Shown here: piece after piece, positions 55,401 through 64,000 of the stretch
Layout: each line of letters starts with the position of its first letter
Numbering within the stretch: position 1 is the stretch's first letter
Assembly: GCA_000934665.2 (NCBI GenBank)
Contig: KZ537991.1
Span: 1 to 64,000, forward strand
Length of the DNA: 64,000 nt
Reading direction: 5' to 3'
From: Catajapyx aquilonaris
Taxonomy: Eukaryota
Notes under the pieces: generated by a model
Databases searched by the model: none
What the model was told of the DNA's origin: nothing
Seen by the model: the letters and a program-made list of their open reading frames with translations, nothing else
Translations under genes and position numbers: made by a program

Positions 55401-56570
55401 CAAATTAAAGCGACATTTGCAGCGTTCCCGATAATCCAACTTCAATTGCCTCCAGTCCAGTACCAATTACAAATAAACATTAGGAAGTTGTGATTACACA
55501 GCGGGAAGCACAGGCTCTCTTAGAATTGTAGCTAAGGCCTGTAGCATATTAAAAGAGCAAATCTTTGAATGTGTTAGTAGCCTTGGTATTAGTGCAAATT
55601 TCTAAGACTAGTTAATATTGTTTCCATGTAGATGTCGCAGAGTCCGATCGTCACTACTAGGACGCCATCTGGACACCAGCCTTCAAGTTTCCCAAGGGAA
55701 ATGGCGACGCGTCCTCGAAATTGAGTCCCGGCATTAGAGGGCCGAAATAGCCTCCTCCCCTTACTTCCACACAAATTTAATACCTCCCCATCCCCACCTT
55801 CCAATAAAGATGGGGACGGACTTCTAATCATAATCTTTACACCAATAATTAACTTTCGATCCGGCCGCAATGAGCTTTACGAGACCTACTTGCCACGGGA
55901 TTACTCCCCCCCTCTTCTTTCTTTCTTTTTTTTTTTGTGTGTGTTGGAGCCATACAACACTAGGGAATCTTGAGTAGCTTACTTCTCATCCTCTTCCCCC
56001 ACCATGCATCTCATTCCTCCTCCGCTTTTTTTCCACTGGTTCATAATCTGGGAGAAAGGCAACACAATCACTCTCCTTCCCATCCCACCCACTAAATGAT
56101 CCATCCCCCCCTTATTCCCCCAGGCCCCTAATCGCAGATGTGAAGATCCGACGGAATAAGAGGAGGGGAAGCCTCGAAAAAGAAGCAAAAGCAAAACCCA
56201 AGATGGCGGGGCTAGTCTCTTAGCCCCTCAGAGAGAGAGGAAGAGGATTCGGGTCTCCTCAGACTAATGGGTGACTTTGGACCCCCTTGTTAATAGGTTC
56301 CTAATGATTTCCTAAACGACGAGGGAATCGGATAATGTCGATGCGGCTTAATAAGGGCGATGACTCTGTCTCGCGGAGATCTGACGCCAAAGGATATTGC
56401 CTTCATTGAGCGAACATCGGACCTCATTTGAATTCCACTTACGGACATAATGGTGCAACAGTTAATACGCGAAATGTACTGGACGTTAATATTGCAGCAA
56501 TTACAATTTGGCAAGATAAGTGCTTAGAAAATGCCCTGAAATTAATGGGCGTGTCAGTCCCAGTAAACTT

Positions 56571-56571
<1 letters not shown>

Positions 56572-56620
<49 letters not shown>
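56572..56620. repeat. (AC)24 microsatellite
   Basis: Perfect dinucleotide run; it explains the THTHTH/CVCVCV ORFs. Confidence 0.97.
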
Positions 56621-56624
<4 letters not shown>

Positions 56625-58084
56625 ACCCCCGGCAGGCTCCAACTGGAATGACTTGAGACCCGCCCGTTAAATCGTAAACATTTCCTAAACATGGGATTCG
56701 AACAGTAATCTTGGTTACTGGTTGGGTTGAAACTGCAATGCAGGAAAAGCGGTGGTGTTGAAAATTTATGGTGCTTGCACACGCATCTGACATACCATAA
56801 ACATCATTGCAAGTGAAAGAAGGCGTGGCCTCTCATCATGACTTTTAATTCACAAATGCTCGCCGATTAACTCAACGGTCGCAATAGCTCAACCCTGGGA
56901 TTGGAGAGAGCTGGGTAGGGGTGGGTAGAAAATGATGCGCCAATTGCTTTGTTGCATGCCATGCACGCGTATACATACCAAGTGATGGGATCCGGTCAAA
57001 ACACATGATCCAAACTCTACATTGTAATACCTGCCAGACTTTTATGGAGCTTCGACCAAACAGCCCGAATGACAGTGAGCACAAAATAGTGCCAGTTAGC
57101 ATTACGTGCACATATCAAAACAATTTTTCTTGTCTGTTCATACAATGTGAATTTGCAGGTCAGTGAACCACATACCCACGTGCATAATCAGAGAGAAGTA
57201 TGGGAAGCCTCAATTGCTTGAAATATTTAAAAAAAAAACATCCGTGCAAAATCTTGGGTTTTGTACAATTTTGGGAGTCTTCCCCCCCTTCTTTTGGTCC
57301 CCCCCAGAGGCCAAAATGGAAGGCAAGAGTACTGGCAACCTCGGGCCCTTTTCCCGGACCCCACCCCAAACCCCCCTCTCTCCCTCACCCCCTACCACAA
57401 CCCTCCCTCTTTTCCAACGCCAAAAATCGATGCCTACCTACGGTCCTCTTACACCCTCCCAGGCCTCCTAGCTCATGCCTGGAAATATTCCCGAGGAAAA
57501 TCTACCCACACAAACCCTCCACCACCCACAAAGGCAACTCTTTGAATTTACACCTCGCCCTCCGACCTAATGTGCCCTTAGGGATGTCCTCTGACCTGAC
57601 GCCTCCCTCTTTCCCTCCTCCACCTCCAAACAGGGTTGGCAAAATGGAGATTTGCAGGCCTCTAAGTGGCTGCGGTTGTGAAGTCTCATGCAGGAATTTA
57701 AACACAATTTGGGACCTATTATGACTGCGAGTTGATGCCAGGGAGATAACCGGTGACGTTTATGCGGCCGTTTTAAAATTTTGATGGCTAAATTATTGCA
57801 ATTGTGCAGCCGAGCGGTGTTGAACATTTTATGGCCAGAGAGAGAGAAGACCTGTGATTGCAAATCACTTTCTATAGTAATTAACGCTGTCTTATGGTTC
57901 CGAAGGTTTTCATCCACTATTCAGAAGCTGCATTATGAATGGTCACTTTCAAGCTCAGACGGTGGTTCAATTATTCAGCGCTAAGCGTTTAATTACTACT
58001 GGTCCTTAATGCTTCTTGACCAACTTGTACCTGATAAAATTTCGATTCGTCGTAATTTTTATTTTGATTAAGCCATTACATATA

Positions 58085-58206
58085 CAGGGTGAGAGTAAAG
58101 TCTGGACACGTAGATAACTGCATTGTTGGTTCCCAAGTTGCCAATAATTGTCTACCAACAATACAATATTACTATATCTATGCGTCCAGACTTTACGGTC
58201 ACCCTG
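58085..58206. mobile_element. 122-bp mariner-type MITE with 32-bp TIRs and TA TSD
   Basis: CAGGGTGAGAGTAAAGTCTGGACACGTAGATA versus reverse complement CAGGGTGACCGTAAAGTCTGGACGCATAGATA (28/32). TA at 58083-84 and 58207-08. Inner inverted repeat ATTGTTGGT/ACCAACAAT. Confidence 0.88.
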
Positions 58207-59848
58207 TACATTGTGCACTTCTAAGATGCGAATAATATTAATAACTACATTCTACAATAACATATTATAAATTTCAACTGCAGCAGTAGATGACTATAAA
58301 AATCTGCGCTAATTTTCTCCCATCGCCATATTCCCTGTGGACAACACAAAAAATGAGAGTTTCTCTCCCCTCTCATTATTGCAGGGAACTATGATATGCC
58401 AGGGCAATTAATTAACTAATTGGAGAAGGAATCGAATAATCAGGGAATTTTTATCAGCAATAATCTTAATTGCCCCGGTTCCATTAGAACCTCCCTCCCT
58501 CGAGCACTAAAGCTGATAACAACCTGGCCTTGTTGTATATAGATCTATCCCTATAGTGAATAAAGCTTATGATTATTTCCCCCCCTCTCACATTGTTGCA
58601 GATTTGTGCCATCCCACTTTCGGGGGCTTGTGGCTTAACGTCAAGTTTTCTGGCAGAAATCAATTTCTACGCTTCCATTCTTCCTCTCCCTTTTTCCTAG
58701 AATGATATTTTGGCTGGAGAAAGTGAGGAGGCGTCGTGGGCGTCGTCGTCTCCCGCCCGCAATTCGCTTCGCCCAATCCCCGCCAGAAAGCGCTTTCGCC
58801 CCCTCGGTCTCTTTCCATTCAAGTGCAAAACGTCTCCGGAACAGTGGTGAGGGGGGGACAAGGTGGTAACAACAACAACAAAAAAATACACTGCACGCAA
58901 AAGAGTTTCTTCTTGACAACAACTTGCGTTTTCTCCCCCACCCTCCTTCAAAAAACTCCGGGGCACCCCCCAAAAAATTCATTTGAGGGCCCCATTGAGG
59001 AGATGTTGAAAGTTTCCGGTGCTGCTGGGAGGTGCGTGCAGCCGCCTTGTGTTTCGCATTCAATACGTCGTGACGTTTTGGGTGAAGCCATGACGGCCGT
59101 GATTAAGGTGTCAATTCCGGCTGGTTCCAACCCGCCGAAACAGGTGCTCCAGTCATGTGATAGGAAGTGTTCCGAGCACTGCACATTGGCTGGGACTCTT
59201 GCGATATCACGGATATGGGATAAATATCGAATCTAAATATAGCTCCATTCTACTTTTAGCACATATATTCATCCAGTGACGTCCATCCTTCCCCTTAGAA
59301 GGACCTGCAATTATTGACTGCTACAAGATTCCTCCAGAGAGCGATTGGAGTCCGAAGCACAAAAATTAGATGCCTTGGCAAACAAGATGGATGGATGGGG
59401 AAGTGTATAGGGGCTCCAGGATGGGTGGGGTTGATGGGGGGAGGCTGCCCTCTAACTACAACTCCAACTCCACTCCATCCAGTTGGATGGGGAGGCTCTT
59501 ATCCTGCCTTGTCACCTCATGACCACCACGAGCCTCCCATTGTTGATAGAGAGCTCAACTTGGATGGCGAACTACTCTCGACTACTCCATTTGCTTCCCA
59601 CCCTGCGGATGTAGGGTTTGGTGGGGGGGATGGGAGCTTTTATGCTTTTTTGGGGGGAGGTGGGTGGGATGGGTGGGGAGGGAAAAGTCCGAAGTTTCTC
59701 CTCTCACGAAACCTCTCGACCAAACCAGTGGGCATTTTTCTGAGGACCAATTATGCCTGCTGTGGGAGAAAAGACAGTAATTCGAATCTAATTGGTGTAT
59801 GTCAGGCTCTAATTTGGTCCAGAAATTATCGAGATTTTGCCTACTTCA

Positions 59849-59944
59849 CAAGAACTGGCGGTAGATTGCAGCACTTGCTACAACAACGACACTAGGTGGC
59901 AGCACTCGCTCCCAACAACGCCCCTAGATGGCAGCACTGTCCCG
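59849..59944 (+). repeat. Three degenerate 32-bp units, each carrying a CTCF-like TAG(A/G)T(G/T)GCAGCACT core
   Basis: 59849 CAAGAACTGGCGGTAGATTGCAGCACTTGCTA; 59881 CAACAACGACACTAGGTGGCAGCACTCGCTCC; 59913 CAACAACGCCCCTAGATGGCAGCACTGTCCCG. Confidence 0.75.
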
Positions 59945-62900
59945 CAGACAAATGGCGTACCCTGAAGATCCATTCCAGCGATGTTACATTCGTGTTAGTC
60001 AGAATTGGGACACTGGTTCCTAAGGCACGGTGGCAGCAAGTGAATGAATGCCGCTCGGATCGATGTCCACGACGCAGTGTGCCACGAACGGGTTCCCTTA
60101 ACGGTCAGCCCTACTCCCCCCCACCTCCTCCCCAGCCCTCATCCGACCGGAGAAGGACATCTGCGACACTTTCTGGACAACCCATCTCCCGGACTATATT
60201 AGATTTCCTTCCTGTCAGGAGATTACCTGGAGGCGCCATTTTCTTGCACATGTCCCTCAGCTCCCATTTTGAGTGTCGTACGCGCCCCCAACCTTCCATT
60301 TTCTCTCCTACTCCCTGAAACTATGAGGACATTATGTAACCGGAGGGTGGACCAGAAAACGTTCGTCCCCCTTTTTTTTCCAAAAAAATCCCACCTATGC
60401 AATCAGTGGTCCATCTCCACACCACCTACCTCCCTCCTCCAAAAAGTAAGGTCGATAACCAAGAGAGTTGAGGGGGAGGTTAGATTATCGGGGTTGGATG
60501 GATGGTGGGAAGAATGAAGCTTGAGAAGACATTTGGATTTGGCATGAGCTTGTGTCTTTGTCCCTTGGTCCGTGATTGATGAAGGCGATTGTCCCTCCTT
60601 CCTTATACGCTCAACAGAATAGCTGCCATTGACACCATATAAATTATCATTATTATATTTTTAGTCACCCTCCATAAACCCAACCCTCGCACTTATTATT
60701 TTTCAAACCAAATTTTTGCTCACAATCTGAGGAATAATAGGTTAATGACGAATGGAACGGGCCAGAATCACAACAACTCCAACGAAAAGCACACAATTAG
60801 GCGCCGGACTTTGCTTGGCGAGAACAATGGCTTCCCGCAAACAATGCAGTCCTTTTTGACGCAAGACAATGGGGCAAGAGGACGAACCAACTCTCTCTGC
60901 AGCTCGGAGGATAGATATTTTCCTTGCGGGAGGGGAGGTGCGGCCACAAAACCGCCGGCGACAATTGAAACTCCGGCCTGCCTGCCAGACAAGTGACCCC
61001 ATGGGTTTATGGACACTGCGCACTTTGTGTAATCAACTTGCGTTATATAAGGTGTGTTGGTGGGGAGGCCAGTAGCAATCTCTCCGGCTGCTGCCTTAGA
61101 GCTCCAACCACCCCTCCTCCACTTCTGCTACTCTGTCATGCCTAATTATGTGAGATCCACAATGTGCCTTGCTTCACGGGTGGACATCTGCCACAAACAG
61201 TAAAGAACTTGCCACACTTGGCTGCTTCATCTTATTCAACTTGCATTTCAAAGAACAAGAATTCCCTGTGACGTATATAAAGCAAAACGAAATTAATGTA
61301 CAGCTGTATTATTAATCCCACAATGAGTGTGTAATCCATGAAAAATGTAGCGGAACCGCATTAGAGTCATAGCATCAGAATATGTACACCACACACTGAA
61401 GGCAATTATTCATAATTCATGATCCTCCCTTCCAAAGAGCTGCAAACATCCAAAGAGTCAACAACCAACAGCTGCGCAGTTAGTTTAAAATATTTTATTA
61501 ATCCTCTAAGCACCCAGCAGATCTTTTATAAGTTGACGCAGCTGTCAAGCTTCACCTTTGCCATGTTTCGGCACATAAAAACAAACAACTTTGTAGCTGT
61601 TGACAAACAAGGACAAGGACAGCTACGATATACGACGTTTCGGCAGTGATATGACCGCACAGAGAGCAAAAAAAGACATTTTTGCACATTCATCTGCTTC
61701 AGAAGTGACGTCGGGGAGCTCCCGACAGAGTGAAAAAACATGACGAGACTCATTCATCAACATGCACACACTCCCCCCTTCGATCATTCATGGGGGGGAA
61801 AGGATAGAAGAGAGAGTAGGGTACATCCCCTGGAGTGTTTGGCATTTTCTAGTACCGCCCTACGTACACGGTATTCCTTTTATCAGCATTTATCGGTTGA
61901 CTGGCTGATTCAGACTTCTCCCCCACCTCCCCAACAAAAATCATGGAAAAAAAAGACGAACCTCCAGATGATCCTTTCTCATTGCAACGTTCTCAAAAAT
62001 TCCCCTTGTAATTTGGCAACGTCATTCACATCCGCCTATAACTGTCGGAATATCGCAGTGTCATCTGATAGAACAACAGCGCCTACCGTCCCCATTTCCA
62101 TGGTGAGTTATAATCACGTCTGCTGACACCGGTGTTCAGCTTCCGCTCGCCTTTTTTTTGTTATAAGTCTAATGAGGGTATTGGCACCTGGTTTGAAAGT
62201 GACGGCGGAAATAATGCATTGTAAGGAGTTTCCATAGTTGGAGTGGGAAAAATGGTGCCTAGGTTGATTTATATGGTGCGGAAAACGGAGAATGTTCCTG
62301 GTTTATGCGAGGTAATTGATTTAGATGGAGGTTTCATCAAATTGTAGTGTATTATGCAAATACCTGGCAAATCTTGTTAGGGAGTTTTATGCGCAAAGTG
62401 CTGTCAATAAATAGTGATTTACGTCGATGCGTATCCTTTGGAGAGCCGTGTTCATAAAATCAATGTTCTGCAACGACTCCCCCAGAGCTGTTTTCCCTTT
62501 TAAAAAAAGAGTATCAAACTCTCTGAGGAAAGAGGAAGCAAGAGGGAGCTTAAGCGAGGCCCTCCCAATTTTTCATTTCTCAAAAAAACCCACATTCAAT
62601 TAGAAAACGCGGCTATAAATCCCGCCGAGGATCATTTAATTGGCAACTCCATTTCATGCAACGCGAGGGGTTGGATGATTAAAAAAAAAACAGCGGTTAC
62701 AAACGACCATCCGAAGCGATAATGACACTCGAACCCAACAATGCAGGATTCACTGGTGATAACAAAATTAGGGATATACGTCGCACAAAAAAACACGTGG
62801 GGGGGGGGGGGNCCTCAATCGTGGCCGAGATTGACCAGTTCAGAATATTTTTTATAAAAAATCAAGGGGGGCGTATAGAAAGCTAGGAGAGTGGGGGGGA

Positions 62901-63685
62901 ATGGTTGAAAAGAAAATTCGGAGCAAGTTCCATTTGGCCCATTCCTGGCTTCCTCATGCAGAAACACGGCGTTCCAGGAATATGAGTTTGAATGATGATC
63001 TGAAAGGATGCTATCAATTTTGGGCCTTATATCGCTCTGCCGCAGTCCTCACACTGATCGAAAATTATAGTTCCTTGGGGTGATATAAAAACATAGTTCC
63101 TCTGAGGAGGGGTAGGGGGAGAGAGGGGGTGTGGAGGTATAAAAAGAGAGCATGGAAAGCATCACAAGAGTATCATGGCTCTCGACCCATGGGCGTCTGC
63201 CTGCTCTTTTCCCGTTTACTCGATATTAGGTGCGGGTTGGAGCAGAATATAGAAGAACGAGAGGGTATATATAACAGGGGAAGAGAGGGGGAAGGAGGAA
63301 AAGGGAAGAGGAGGTTTCCTTCTACCCTCACCCTTCTCCCCAATACCTACAAGCTGCGCCTGTCATAACACACTATAAGCTCTTACATTCTAATGCAATC
63401 TCATCCATCATCTTGTGACAAAAGAGATTTTGCCTCATTCAAAGAGGGGGGGAAGGGCCGATGACAATGGAAGAAGTCGGCAAGAAAGCATGATTGAGCA
63501 CCGTGCCAGGAATCAATGCTGCTGCATCCCTCCTTTTTCCCTACACTCGCACCCAACCCCCTACCCATTCCCATCAGCACGCCTTCTCATGCACAACATA
63601 TGCACTCATCACTCTCAAAGTCTGATGGCTCCATTCGGCCATTTTTGCAAGGGGGGGGGGGGGGGAANAAGGGGGGGGAAAGGAT

Positions 63686-63989
63686 ATCAGCGCCCTCCAA
63701 CGGGACGCTTTTACGATCCACACGCCATCTGACGGGCAAAGCGCCCTTTATCATGCACAATGATTATGACATGCTGGTAAATCTCTGCAGTTTTCTTCAT
63801 TTTTAACCGCAAAAATGATTGTCCATTCAGATCTCCAAAATCCAGGCTCCGTCCAGCTTCAGGGAATATTCGCAGTTATCTCATGGCAAGTTAGTGCGAC
63901 CCCCATTTGCCTTCCTCCCCCATCGTTGGCCCCCCACAGAATCAGCGCCATCTAACGGGGACGCCTTCCAACCCTTGGCGCCATCTATC
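63686..63989 (-). promoter_or_regulatory. Cluster of four co-oriented CTCF-like motifs (CGCCATCT type)
   Basis: ATCAGCGCCCTCCAACGGGACGC (63686), CACGCCATCTGACGGG (63721), ATCAGCGCCATCTAACGGGGACGC (63941), GGCGCCATCTATC (63977). The best one reads CCGTTAGATGGCGCTG on the minus strand. Confidence 0.45.
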
Positions 63990-64000
63990 CTGTAAAAGCG

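Noticed and set aside
59314..60318. Adjacent 193-aa and 140-aa ORFs
   Set aside because: The Gly/Trp/Pro-rich composition comes from G/C runs, both use non-ATG starts, and no domain is recognisable.
61629..61666. Minus-strand CCGAAACGTCG resembling a Penelope-type minimal hammerhead
   Set aside because: The CTGANGA box is missing (CTGTGC instead) and stem I cannot form.

Overview
This window looks like 64 kb of non-coding eukaryotic DNA (a large intron or intergenic region), most likely from an invertebrate animal. The basis is frequent CpG/CCGG, many poly-G/C and poly-A/T runs, microsatellites and short TA-flanked foldback elements. No ORF in the track is longer than 197 aa and none resembles a protein family I recognise. 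I found no rRNA, tRNA, CRISPR array, operon or intact transposase. The supportable features are four Tc1/mariner- or pogo-type MITEs (5.2, 35.8, 43.9 and 58.1 kb), a probable PIF/Harbinger-like MITE (48.2 kb), a 44-bp palindrome made of two back-to-back TIR-like ends (14.15 kb), a 32-bp minisatellite (52.2 kb), two diverged local duplications and probable assembly artefacts. The most notable pattern is a set of short degenerate arrays whose conserved cores resemble transcription-factor or insulator motifs: YY1+ETS+CRE at 29.7 kb, paired TGCGCA at 38.0 kb, CTCF-like at 17.3, 59.9 and 63.7-64.0 kb, and TGGCAAC at 21.2 kb. I cannot support a claim of a new biological system from sequence alone; these arrays are the best leads.
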